A stretch of 47,561 nucleotides of DNA from an uncultured Erysipelotrichaceae bacterium (lineage in GTDB: Bacteria; Bacillota_I; Bacilli_A; RF39; UBA660): NCBI GenBank assembly GCA_902783985.1, contig CACZTI010000061.1, forward strand, positions 1-47,561, given 5' to 3'. Below are positions 1 to 9,238 of the stretch, in pieces (the first letter of the stretch is position 1; every line of letters begins with the position of its first letter). The position numbers were made by a program, and so were the translations under genes. Under the pieces are notes generated by a model. The model made no database searches, was not told the origin of the DNA, and saw only the letters and a list, made by a program, of their open reading frames with translations.

Positions 1-285
1 GTAGGATTTATAACAGCAGATGAAATAGCATATGCCGGAGGAAAATATAGTTCATCGAATAGTACATTCTATTTAAATAATAATTCAAGTTATTGGTCTG
101 GCTCGCCTGATCACTTTAGTTATGGCTATGCTTTCGAGTTCGTTGTGAATATTGCCGGCGACCTTGACTACAGCGGTGTGTCTAGCACTAATGTCAATGG
201 CGTGCGTTCTGTCGTTTCGCTAGTACCTGGAACAGCAATAACTTCTGGAGATGGAACACCAACAAATCCATATATAATAGAATAA
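1..285 (+). CDS. 3' fragment (94 codons plus TAA; 5' end outside the window) of a probable surface protein ending in a C-type-lectin-like (DUF1566/FISUMP-like) domain with a hypervariable cassette
   Basis: Frame 1 is open from base 1 to TAA at 283-285. Translation: VGFITADEIAYAGGKYSSSNSTFYLNNNSSYWSGSP...NGVRSVVSLVPGTAITSGDGTPTNPYIIE. The YWSGSP ... G-VR-x-V layout resembles lectin-fold C-terminal domains. An inverted near-identical paralogue lies at 47280-47561. Confidence 0.6.
   Translation, partial: VGFITADEIAYAGGKYSSSNSTFYLNNNSSYWSGSPDHFSYGYAFEFVVNIAGDLDYSGVSSTNVNGVRSVVSLVPGTAITSGDGTPTNPYIIE
109..198 (+). other. Hypervariable cassette (DGR variable-region-like), 30 codons, followed by a conserved GC-rich 21-mer at 199-219
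   Basis: About 50% G+C in a roughly 25% G+C background. Differs from the paralogous cassette at 47367-47453 only at codon positions 1 and 2 over the first 22 aligned codons. The flanks are otherwise almost identical. Confidence 0.5.
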
Positions 286-294
286 TATTAAATT

Positions 295-326
295 AAGAAA
301 TATTGTCAAAGATATTTCTTTTTTTA
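295..326 (+). terminator. Rho-independent terminator of the left-end gene
   Basis: AAGAAATAT (295-303), 8-nt loop, ATATTTCTT (312-320), then a T6 run. Confidence 0.7.
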
Positions 327-358
327 TGAAAATTTTGTACAATTAAATAGGTGATAAT

Positions 359-2695
359 ATGAACTTAGAGTTTTTAAAAGAAGATAATCTGTTAATAATT
401 ACAACTTCTTCTTATAAGAAAAGTATTTTAAAGTATTTAGAAGATAATAAACTTATCTTAAATATTAAATTTATGAGTATGGAAGAATACTTAAAGAATT
501 ATTTTTTTGATTATGATATTAAAACGATTAATTATTTAGTTAATAAAGGTTTAACTGTTGGAAATAGTAAAGAATTAATTAATAATTTATATTATATTGA
601 AGATAAGGAATATTCTAATGAAAAATTAGATTATTTAGTAAGTATAAAGAAAGAACTTGATGATAATAATTTATTAAGATATAATCCTTTATTTAAAAAG
701 ATATTAAATAGATATAAAATCATTGTTTATGGATATGGAAAGATTAATAATTATTACAAGAAAATACTTAATAATCCTTTGGTTATAGAATATCCTAAAA
801 ATAATAAGAAATATCAAATATATCACTATAACAATATTGATATGGAAGTAGAATGCATCTTTCAAAAAATAGTTGATTTATTAAGAAATAATATTGATAT
901 TAATAAAATAAGTTTAATGAATTTAGATGATGAATATATACCAATAATTAAGAAATATAGTATCTTTTATAAAATACCTGTAAATATAATAGATAATAAT
1001 TCTATAATAGGAACTACTATTGGTAAAGAATTTTTAAGAATGATTAAAGAAGGTAAAAAACGAGAAGATATCTTTAAATACTTAGATAAATATCAAGATA
1101 ATAGTAATTATATAACTTTAATTAATATCTTAAATAAATATTATGATATGGATGATATTGATTATAGATTACAAATAGAAGATGAAATAAAAAGTACTAA
1201 GATTAAGAGTATTAACTTGGATAATACTGTTAAGATTAAAGATTTATTTGATTATATCGAGGATGATGAATACATCTTTCTTCTTAATTTTAATAATCCT
1301 GCAATCCCTAATTTAAAACTTGATACTGATTATATCACTGATAATATTAAAGAATTAATTGATCTTGATTTAACAGAATATGAAAATAGTTTAATTAAAG
1401 AAAATATCATTAATTATTTATCAAGTATTAAGAATTTATATATATCTTATAAAGATAAAACATCATTTAATGAGTGTTATCCTAGTATCTTACTAGATTT
1501 AATAGATCATGAAATAATTAATGAAGAAAGAAGTTTAAATTATAGTGATTCCGCTAATAAATCTTACTATACCGAATACTTAGATGATTTTATTAAATAT
1601 GGAATTAAAAATAATTTAATAGATAAATTATATTATAATTATCATGATAATGATTATCTAAAATATCATAATGAATATAGTGGTATTACTAATTTAAGAG
1701 ATTATATTAAAGATAATTTAACATTATCATATACCAGTATTAATAGTTATTATGAATGTGCTTTTAAATACTATTTAGGAAATATCTTAAAAATAAATAA
1801 ATTTGAAACTAATTTTACAGCCCTTCTTGGAACATATTTTCATAAAGCCTTAGAAAATATTGATAATAATAGTTTTGCTTTAGATAGTTATACAATAGAA
1901 TTTATTAATGATAATAATTTTAGTAATAAAGAGAAATATTTTATTGAAAAAATCAAAAAAGATTTATTATATGTTATAGAAACTGTTAAACATCATCACT
2001 TTATCTCAGGTTTTAAGAATTTCTTATCTGAACAAAATGTCAATATTGTCATTAATAAAGATCCGTTAGTTAAATTTAATGGTTATGTTGATAAGATCAT
2101 GTATGAAGAAAAAGGTAATGAAACATTAATTAGTGTTATTGATTATAAAACAGGAAGTGTTATTACGGATATTAAAAATTTACAATTTGGATTATCAATG
2201 CAATTACCAGTATATTTATATTTAGTAGAGAAGAGTAATTTATTTCATAATCCTAAGTTTGCGGGTTTCTATTTAATGCATGTTTTGGACAATAAAATAA
2301 AAAAAGGAAAGAAATCATTTGAAGAACAAAAGAAGGATAATTTAAAACTTATTGGTTACACAACAGATAATTTAGATAGAGTAAGTATCTTTGATTCAAC
2401 ATATGAAAATAGTGAAATGATTAAAGGATTTAAATTAAAAAAAGATGGGGGAATCGATTCAAGAAGTAAAGTACTTTCTGATGAGGAAATAGATGACTTA
2501 ATTAATTTAACAGAAGAAAAAATAATAGAAGCGAAAGATAATATCTTAAAAGCGGATTTTCCAATAAATCCGAAATTATTAGATGGAAAAAATATCTCAT
2601 GTAAATTCTGTGATTACTTTGATATATGTTATCATAATGATTCAAATAACGTTTATTTAAATAGAGACATGGAAGAAGGTGATGAGGATGAGTAA
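359..2695 (+). CDS. addB: Helicase-nuclease AddAB subunit B (RexB-like), compact 778-aa form
   Basis: C-terminal PD-(D/E)XK nuclease (VIDYKTG) flanked by Fe-S cysteines (YYECAF ... CKFCDYFDIC). Sits directly upstream of and overlapping addA. RBS AGGTGA lies 4 nt before the ATG. Confidence 0.8.
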   Translation: MNLEFLKEDNLLIITTSSYKKSILKYLEDNKLILNIKFMSMEEYLKNYFFDYDIKTINYLVNKGLTVGNSKELINNLYYIEDKEYSNEKLDYLVSIKKELDDNNLLRYNPLFKKILNRYKIIVYGYGKINNYYKKILNNPLVIEYPKNNKKYQIYHYNNIDMEVECIFQKIVDLLRNNIDINKISLMNLDDEYIPIIKKYSIFYKIPVNIIDNNSIIGTTIGKEFLRMIKEGKKREDIFKYLDKYQDNSNYITLINILNKYYDMDDIDYRLQIEDEIKSTKIKSINLDNTVKIKDLFDYIEDDEYIFLLNFNNPAIPNLKLDTDYITDNIKELIDLDLTEYENSLIKENIINYLSSIKNLYISYKDKTSFNECYPSILLDLIDHEIINEERSLNYSDSANKSYYTEYLDDFIKYGIKNNLIDKLYYNYHDNDYLKYHNEYSGITNLRDYIKDNLTLSYTSINSYYECAFKYYLGNILKINKFETNFTALLGTYFHKALENIDNNSFALDSYTIEFINDNNFSNKEKYFIEKIKKDLLYVIETVKHHHFISGFKNFLSEQNVNIVINKDPLVKFNGYVDKIMYEEKGNETLISVIDYKTGSVITDIKNLQFGLSMQLPVYLYLVEKSNLFHNPKFAGFYLMHVLDNKIKKGKKSFEEQKKDNLKLIGYTTDNLDRVSIFDSTYENSEMIKGFKLKKDGGIDSRSKVLSDEEIDDLINLTEEKIIEAKDNILKADFPINPKLLDGKNISCKFCDYFDICYHNDSNNVYLNRDMEEGDEDE

Positions 2696-5600
2696 TTTAA
2701 CTAAAGAACAGACTCTTGCCGTTAATGAAGAAGGGAAAAACATTATTGTATCAGCCGGAGCTGGAAGTGGCAAGACGATGGTTTTATCAACAAGGGTAAT
2801 TAGAAAAATAAAAGATGGAACAGATATTGATCATATGTTAATTCTAACTTTCACCATAGCAGCTGCTAATGAAATGAAAGCAAGAATAAGAAAGAACATT
2901 AAAAAGAATAATCTTTTAGAACAACTTAATAAACTAGATAATAGTTATATTACTACATTTGATAGTTTCTTCTTATCTCTTGTTAAAAAGTATCATTATG
3001 TCCTAAATATTAATAAGAATGTCAATATTATTGAAAGTAATATTCTAGAACTTAAAATTAAAGAATATTTAAATGATATTTTAGAAGAAGAATATCTAAA
3101 GAAAGATGAATATTTTACAAAATTAATTAATGATTTTTGTATTAAAGATGATGATGAAATAAGAAAAGCTATTCTAAGTATTTATAATAAATTAAATATG
3201 AAATATAATAAAGTTGAATATTTAAACAACTATTTAGATTACTTTTATAGTGATACTTTTATTGATAATAAAATAAGGGAATATGAAAACTATTTAAAAG
3301 AAAAAATAGAAGACTATAATATTCTATTAACGAAATTATCTAATGTAACAGATGCCGATTATTTTTCAAAGGTTATCGCATCATCAAATGACCTATTAAA
3401 TAGTAATACTTATAAGGAAATAAGAGAAAATATTTTGAAATTAGAGATTCCTAGACTTCCAAATAAAAGTGGGGAAGAAGCTACTAATATTAAAAATGAT
3501 ATCAAAAAACTAACAGATGAAATAAAAAATCTTACTGAAAATGAAGATATTATTTCTCTTAAAAATGATATTCAATATACCTCTAATTATACTAAACCAA
3601 TAATTGATATCATAAAAAAACTAGATGATAAAATAAACGAATATAAAAAGAAAAATGATTTATATGACTTTGTTGATATTAACAAAATGGCTATTAAAAT
3701 AGTAAAAGAAAACGAAAATATTAGAAATGAAATAAAATACTATTTTAATGAAATAATGGTTGATGAATATCAAGATACATCTGATTTACAAGAAGAATTA
3801 ATTACTTTAATTAGTAATAATAATTTATACATGGTAGGGGATATTAAACAATCAATCTATCGTTTTAGAAATGCCAATCCCACCATCTTTAAAAATAAAT
3901 ATGATAATTACGCTAAAGGAAACAATGGTTTAAAAATAGATTTATTAAATAACTTCCGTTCCCGTGAAGAAGTCCTTGATAACATTAATTTATTATTTAA
4001 ATTTATTATGAGTGATGATATTGGAGGGGCTAATTACATCAAGGATCACCAAATGATTTTTGGTAATACTTCATATAATCAAGAAGGTAAAACTATTCAA
4101 GATAATAACATGGAAATATATCACTATGATAAAGATAATGATTTACTAAAAAAATTCAAAAAAGAAGAAATTGAAGCTTTTATTATAGCTCGCGATATTA
4201 AAGAAAAAGTAGAGAATCATTACCAAATATTTGATAAAGATGAAAAGATATTAAAAGATATTACTTATAATGATTTTTCTATTTTAATTGATAGATCAAC
4301 AAATTTTGAATTATATAAAAAAATATTTTTATACTTTAATATACCATTAAGTATTTATAAAGATGAAACCTTAACTAACAGTGATATCTTTAGTGTTATT
4401 AATAGTATTATTAAATTTATATGTATTATTAATGATAAACCAAATTTAAAAGATATGAATTATTTATATTTATCAATTGGAAGAAGTTTCTTATTTAATA
4501 TTGATGATGATACTTTATTTAAAGTAATTACTTTAGGTACGGTTAAAGATACTTTAATATACCAAATGATTAATGATATTGCCCAAAATATTGATAATAA
4601 AACCATAACTAATCTTTTAGATGAAATAATAATTAAATTTGATTTTTATAATAAATTAAGAACTATTCCAAATATTAGAGATAATTATACTAAAATAGAA
4701 TATCTTTATACATTATCGAATACTTTAAATAAAATGGGATATACTTATAAAGATTTTACAGGATTAATTGAAGAAATCTTTAATAGTGAAAAAGAAATAA
4801 AATTTAGTGTATCAAAAGAAGAAAACAATAGTGTTAAATTAATGACTATTCATCACTCTAAAGGGTTAGAGTACCACATATGTTATTTCCCTGGATTATA
4901 TAAACAGTTTAATTTTAAAGATATCTTAGAAAACTTTAACTATAGTAAAAGATTAGGTATAATAACTCCTATCTTTAATGATGGCATAAGTAAAACTTTT
5001 TATGATTATTTAAATAAAAATGATTATTATAATGATGAAATTAGTGAAAAAATAAGATTATTTTATGTAGCAGTAACTAGAGCTAAAGAAAAAATGATTT
5101 TTATATCTAGTATGAAAGATAAATATGAAGAATATGATAAATCAGGAATAGTATCCGATAATATAAGAAGAAAATATCGTACATTTGATGGATTACTAGA
5201 ATCAATAAAATCACATATCAATCCATATATTAAAGAAATAGATTTAAATAGTCTAAATTTATCTAAAGATTATAATTTAATTAATTCCAATAATATCTTT
5301 GGTAATATTAACAATATCCAAGATAAAATAAATATTTATAATTATGAATTAAAAGAAACATCTGAAATAACTGAATCTCATTATTCTAAAAGTAATATTA
5401 AATTAATTACTAAAGAAGAAAGAGATGTCATGGATTTTGGTACGATGATGCACTATTTATTAGAAACAATGGATTTAGTTAACCCTGACTATACTGGTAT
5501 TGATGATAAATATGTAAATTATATTAAGAAATTTTTAAATAATGATTTAGTAAAAGATATCAAAAAAGCTAAAATATATCAAGAATATGAGTTTATTCAT

Positions 5601-5816
5601 CAAGAAGAAGATAATATCAGTCATGGTATTATAGATTTGATGTTAGAATACTCCGATCACATTGATATTATAGATTATAAATTAAAACACATTGATGATC
5701 CTGCCTATATAAAACAATTAACAGGATATCAAGATTATATAAAATCATTAAAAAATAAACCCGTTAATATATACTTATATTCAATAATTGATAATATCTA
5801 TAAAAAGTTGAATTAG
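2688..5816 (+). CDS. addA: ATP-dependent helicase/nuclease AddAB subunit A (UvrD/Rep-type)
   Basis: LTKEQTLAVNEEGKNIIVSAGAGSGKT Walker A, DEYQDTS motif, C-terminal nuclease IIDLMLEY..IDIIDYK. The ORF opens at GTG 2679. ATG 2688 has GAAGG 8 nt upstream, so the start could be 2679, 2682 or 2688. Confidence 0.9.
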   Translation: MSNLTKEQTLAVNEEGKNIIVSAGAGSGKTMVLSTRVIRKIKDGTDIDHMLILTFTIAAANEMKARIRKNIKKNNLLEQLNKLDNSYITTFDSFFLSLVKKYHYVLNINKNVNIIESNILELKIKEYLNDILEEEYLKKDEYFTKLINDFCIKDDDEIRKAILSIYNKLNMKYNKVEYLNNYLDYFYSDTFIDNKIREYENYLKEKIEDYNILLTKLSNVTDADYFSKVIASSNDLLNSNTYKEIRENILKLEIPRLPNKSGEEATNIKNDIKKLTDEIKNLTENEDIISLKNDIQYTSNYTKPIIDIIKKLDDKINEYKKKNDLYDFVDINKMAIKIVKENENIRNEIKYYFNEIMVDEYQDTSDLQEELITLISNNNLYMVGDIKQSIYRFRNANPTIFKNKYDNYAKGNNGLKIDLLNNFRSREEVLDNINLLFKFIMSDDIGGANYIKDHQMIFGNTSYNQEGKTIQDNNMEIYHYDKDNDLLKKFKKEEIEAFIIARDIKEKVENHYQIFDKDEKILKDITYNDFSILIDRSTNFELYKKIFLYFNIPLSIYKDETLTNSDIFSVINSIIKFICIINDKPNLKDMNYLYLSIGRSFLFNIDDDTLFKVITLGTVKDTLIYQMINDIAQNIDNKTITNLLDEIIIKFDFYNKLRTIPNIRDNYTKIEYLYTLSNTLNKMGYTYKDFTGLIEEIFNSEKEIKFSVSKEENNSVKLMTIHHSKGLEYHICYFPGLYKQFNFKDILENFNYSKRLGIITPIFNDGISKTFYDYLNKNDYYNDEISEKIRLFYVAVTRAKEKMIFISSMKDKYEEYDKSGIVSDNIRRKYRTFDGLLESIKSHINPYIKEIDLNSLNLSKDYNLINSNNIFGNINNIQDKINIYNYELKETSEITESHYSKSNIKLITKEERDVMDFGTMMHYLLETMDLVNPDYTGIDDKYVNYIKKFLNNDLVKDIKKAKIYQEYEFIHQEEDNISHGIIDLMLEYSDHIDIIDYKLKHIDDPAYIKQLTGYQDYIKSLKNKPVNIYLYSIIDNIYKKLN

Positions 5817-5836
5817 AAGAGGAAACTCTTCTTTTC
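5815..5836 (+). terminator. Probable addA terminator
   Basis: AGAAGAG-GAAA-CTCTTCT hairpin overlapping the TAG stop, followed by TTTTCT. The U tract is short. Confidence 0.5.
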
Positions 5837-5837
5837 T

Positions 5838-5866
5838 AACACATAAATATAAAAGTGTGGTATAAT
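5838..5866 (+). promoter_or_regulatory. Extended -10 promoter for dxs
   Basis: TGGTATAAT (5858-5866) with a weak -35 AACACA 17 nt upstream. RBS AGGTGAT precedes ATG 5897. Confidence 0.5.
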
Positions 5867-5896
5867 GATTATTAATTGCATGTGAAGGTGATATAA

Positions 5897-7747
5897 ATGA
5901 TTTTAGACAAAATAAAAAATCCCAGTGATATAAAAAAATTATCTCTTAATGAAAAAAAGATATTATCTGAAGAAATAAGAGACATAATTCTTAAAACAGT
6001 ATCTGAAAATGGTGGTCACTTAGCTTCTAATCTTGGTGTTGTTGAACTTACTATTGCTTTATTATCATATCTCGATTTAGATAAAGATAAAATAATTTGG
6101 GATGTAGGGCACCAATGTTATACATATAAATTATTAACAGGAAGAAAAGATAAGTTTAATACTTTAAGAAAAACTGGTGGAATATCAGGTTTTCCCAGAA
6201 GTAATGAATCTAATTATGATTTCTTTGATGTGGGACATTCTAGTACTTCAATATCCGTTGCTTTAGGTATGGCACGTGCCATATCAATTAAAAAGGAAAA
6301 GAAAAAAGTAGTGGCTATCATAGGAGATGGAGCTCTAACATCAGGTCTTGCTATGGAAGCTTTAAATGATGCAGGAATTAGTAAAACTAATTTAATAGTC
6401 ATATTAAATGATAATAAAATGAGTATTTCTAAAAATACTGGTGGATTAAGTCAATTTTTATCACATCTTCGAACTAGAAAAACATATGTTAAATTAAATT
6501 CCATAATAAGAAAAATAGTTACTAATATTCCTTTTATTGGCAAATATCTATATAAAATAGTTGCATATATTAAAAAAAGAATTAAAGGTCTTTTTATCAA
6601 AAATATGTATTTTGAAAATATTGGATATACATACCTAGGTCCCGTTAATGGTCATAATATCTCGGATATGATTAATATCTTAAAAAGTACTAATAATATC
6701 GATGGTCCAATATTACTTCATGTAATAACAAAAAAAGGGAAGGGATACTTGAAAAGTGAACTAGAACCAAATAAATATCATGCAGTATCACCCTTTGATA
6801 TCAATAAAGGTTTAATAAATAAACATAATGAAACTTATTCTGATATTGTTGGCAATACTTTAGTTAAACTTGCTAAAAATGATAAAAGAATTGTTGCTGT
6901 AACTGCCGCAATGGCAGAAGGTACCGGATTAAGTAATTTCAAGAAGCATTATCCTAAAAGATTCTATGATGTTGAAATATGTGAAGAACATGCTTTAACA
7001 ATGTCTTCTGGTATGGCTAAAGAAGGAATGATTCCTTTTGTAGCGATATATTCAACTTTTATTCAAAGAGGATATGATGAAATAATCCATGATATATGTT
7101 TAAATGATTGTCATGTTGTATTATTAGTAGATAGAGCAGGTAATACAGGAAATGATGGAGAAACTCACCATGGTATATATGATTTATCTTTTTTAAAAAC
7201 AATTCCTAATTTAGTTATTATGGCCCCTAAAGATGCTTTTGAATTATATTTAATGATAAAATTTTCCATTAATTACCATCATCCTATTGCTATTAGATAT
7301 CCCAAAGGTAATATTATTAATATTAATGAAAATAAAAAAATATTATTAGGTAAAAGTGAAATATTAAAAGAGGGAAGGGATATTACTATTTTAGCAGTTG
7401 GCAAAATGGTTCAAAGAAGTCTTAATATATCACATAAATTATCTAATGATAATATTGATGCTGAAGTAATAAATATAAGGTTTATTAAACCATTTGATTA
7501 TGATACAGTAATACAATCATTCAATAAAACACATTTATTAGTAACAATAGAAGATAATGATTATGAATATGGATTTGCAGAAATAATTACTAAATATATA
7601 AACCAAGATAAAGTTAAATCATTTGGTTATCCAGATACCTTTATATCACATGGTAACATTTCTGATTTAGAAAAGAAATATCATCTAGATGAAGATAGTT
7701 TATACAATGAAATAATAGATTTTTATCAAAAAAATAAACAAGTTTAA
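5897..7747 (+). CDS. dxs: 1-deoxy-D-xylulose-5-phosphate synthase
   Basis: GGHLASNLGVVELTIAL, DVGHQCYTYKLLTGR, IGDGALTSG (ThDP motif), and a transketolase-like C-terminal half. Confidence 0.95.
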   Translation: MILDKIKNPSDIKKLSLNEKKILSEEIRDIILKTVSENGGHLASNLGVVELTIALLSYLDLDKDKIIWDVGHQCYTYKLLTGRKDKFNTLRKTGGISGFPRSNESNYDFFDVGHSSTSISVALGMARAISIKKEKKKVVAIIGDGALTSGLAMEALNDAGISKTNLIVILNDNKMSISKNTGGLSQFLSHLRTRKTYVKLNSIIRKIVTNIPFIGKYLYKIVAYIKKRIKGLFIKNMYFENIGYTYLGPVNGHNISDMINILKSTNNIDGPILLHVITKKGKGYLKSELEPNKYHAVSPFDINKGLINKHNETYSDIVGNTLVKLAKNDKRIVAVTAAMAEGTGLSNFKKHYPKRFYDVEICEEHALTMSSGMAKEGMIPFVAIYSTFIQRGYDEIIHDICLNDCHVVLLVDRAGNTGNDGETHHGIYDLSFLKTIPNLVIMAPKDAFELYLMIKFSINYHHPIAIRYPKGNIININENKKILLGKSEILKEGRDITILAVGKMVQRSLNISHKLSNDNIDAEVINIRFIKPFDYDTVIQSFNKTHLLVTIEDNDYEYGFAEIITKYINQDKVKSFGYPDTFISHGNISDLEKKYHLDEDSLYNEIIDFYQKNKQV

Positions 7748-7762
7748 TTGTTTATTTTTTAA
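7732..7762. terminator. Bidirectional hairpin between dxs and the kinase remnant
   Basis: AAATAAACA (7732-7740) and TGTTTATTT (7749-7757) span the dxs stop codon, with A/T runs on both sides. Confidence 0.5.
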
Positions 7763-7967
7763 TTTCAAAATAAAAAGTAGTTCCTTTATTTTTTTTAGAT
7801 ATTACCCCATATTTATAACTGTGTAATTCTAAAATATTTTTAACTATTGATAATCCAAGACCTGTTCCAATAGTATTTCTTTTATGATTTTTATTTACTT
7901 TATAATATTTATCCCATATATTATTAATATCTTCTTGTTTAATGCCATGACCAGTATCATTATAATA
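7752..7967 (-). pseudogene. 5'-truncated remnant of a sensor histidine kinase (HATPase_c G1-G2 boxes to the native stop only)
   Basis: The minus strand reads YYNDTGHGIKQEDINNIWDKYYKVNKNHKRNTIGTGLGLSIVKNILELHSYKYGVISKKNKGTTFYFEIKK*. It is preceded by an in-frame TGA (7968-7970) and has no start codon, DHp domain or sensor domain. It abuts the stop of the 7992 gene. Confidence 0.65.
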
Positions 7968-7991
7968 TCAAAATATGAAATATTTGTGAAA

Positions 7992-8354
7992 TCAACTGGA
8001 TTTTCGCATTATTCCAAGCATAGAACCAAATGTTATACAAATACTTATAATCAGATAATATAAAATATTTAATAAATTAATACTATTAAAAATTATACCC
8101 AATATTATAAAAATTAAAACCATTATTATAGATAATTTTATTCCATATAAATATCCTTTATTAGGAACATTTTTTCCTAAGATAAATCCTCCAATAAATG
8201 AAGATAGCATAACCATTACCATTTCAAAATATTTCATAGTAGTATTACTAAAAATATCAAAATAGTAAAAGATACAGCCAATTAATGAGAAAATAACCAT
8301 TAAAGTTATAATGATTAAAAATGACTTAAGAATCTTTTTCCAAATTATATTCAT
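7992..8354 (-). CDS. Small polytopic membrane protein (3-4 TM helices), function unknown
   Basis: Hydrophobic segments run throughout. ATG 8354 is preceded by GGTGA. The ORF opens further upstream at 8384. Confidence 0.6.
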   Translation of the reverse strand: MNIIWKKILKSFLIIITLMVIFSLIGCIFYYFDIFSNTTMKYFEMVMVMLSSFIGGFILGKNVPNKGYLYGIKLSIIMVLIFIILGIIFNSINLLNILYYLIISICITFGSMLGIMRKSS

Positions 8355-8438
8355 ATTATCACCATTAAAATATATGAAAAACATTTACAAATGAGAACTA
8401 TTTTGATATAATAATAATTAAAAGGAAGGGTTTATTTT

Positions 8439-8681
8439 ATGGAATATTACTATGATTCTTCTAATGATATTTATGTTATCAAACTCGATGAAAGAGCTAA
8501 TCAAAAAGAATATTTACATATATTAAAGAAAATATTACAAGATGAAAAAAGAGGAGATCTAAGAGTATATTATTCGACATTTACAGATGGTTATGAATAT
8601 GTCATAATTGATTTTAATAATCGTAAATTATCCAATGAAGAAATATTTACTTTTTTACGAGAAAAGAGAAGAGGAAAATAA
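8439..8681 (+). CDS. Hypothetical 80-aa protein, translationally coupled to the NUDIX gene
   Basis: RBS AGGAAGGG. Its stop overlaps the next start (TAATG at 8679-8683). Confidence 0.5.
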   Translation: MEYYYDSSNDIYVIKLDERANQKEYLHILKKILQDEKRGDLRVYYSTFTDGYEYVIIDFNNRKLSNEEIFTFLREKRRGK

Positions 8682-9133
8682 TGACATTATATCAAGATGG
8701 GCGAAGAGTAGTAGCTCGAGGAATAACTTTTATTAATGATAATGTTTTATTAATTGAAAGATATCGTAAAGAAAATAATCAGATGCTCCATTATTATACA
8801 ATACCTGGTGGAGGTGTAGAAATAAACGAAAAATATGAAGATGCCGCCATTCGTGAAACATTAGAAGAGACAACATGTGATGTAAAAATAAAAGAATATT
8901 TAGGAAAAGAATATTATCCAAATGGTATCTGTCATTGGTTTTATTGTGAATATATAAAAGGTACACCAACATTATCTGGCGAAGAAAAAGAAAGAAATAA
9001 TCCAGATAATTTCTATAAAGTCGTATTAATTAAAATGAGTGATATTGATAATATTAATATTCTAGGAAAAGGTAAAGAGTATCTTAAAGAATGTTATAAA
9101 AAATATATAAATGAAAAAGGAACTATTGTCTAA
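8681..9133 (+). CDS. NUDIX hydrolase
   Basis: Nudix box GGGVEINEKYEDAAIRETLEETT. Confidence 0.85.
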   Translation: MTLYQDGRRVVARGITFINDNVLLIERYRKENNQMLHYYTIPGGGVEINEKYEDAAIRETLEETTCDVKIKEYLGKEYYPNGICHWFYCEYIKGTPTLSGEEKERNNPDNFYKVVLIKMSDIDNINILGKGKEYLKECYKKYINEKGTIV

Positions 9134-9238
9134 TAGATAATAGTTTTTTCTTATAATTAACTTACAAAAACAATAAATTTACATAATACTCTAGATTTTC
9201 TTTAATTTATTTGATAAAATTAAATATGGTAGGCGATA

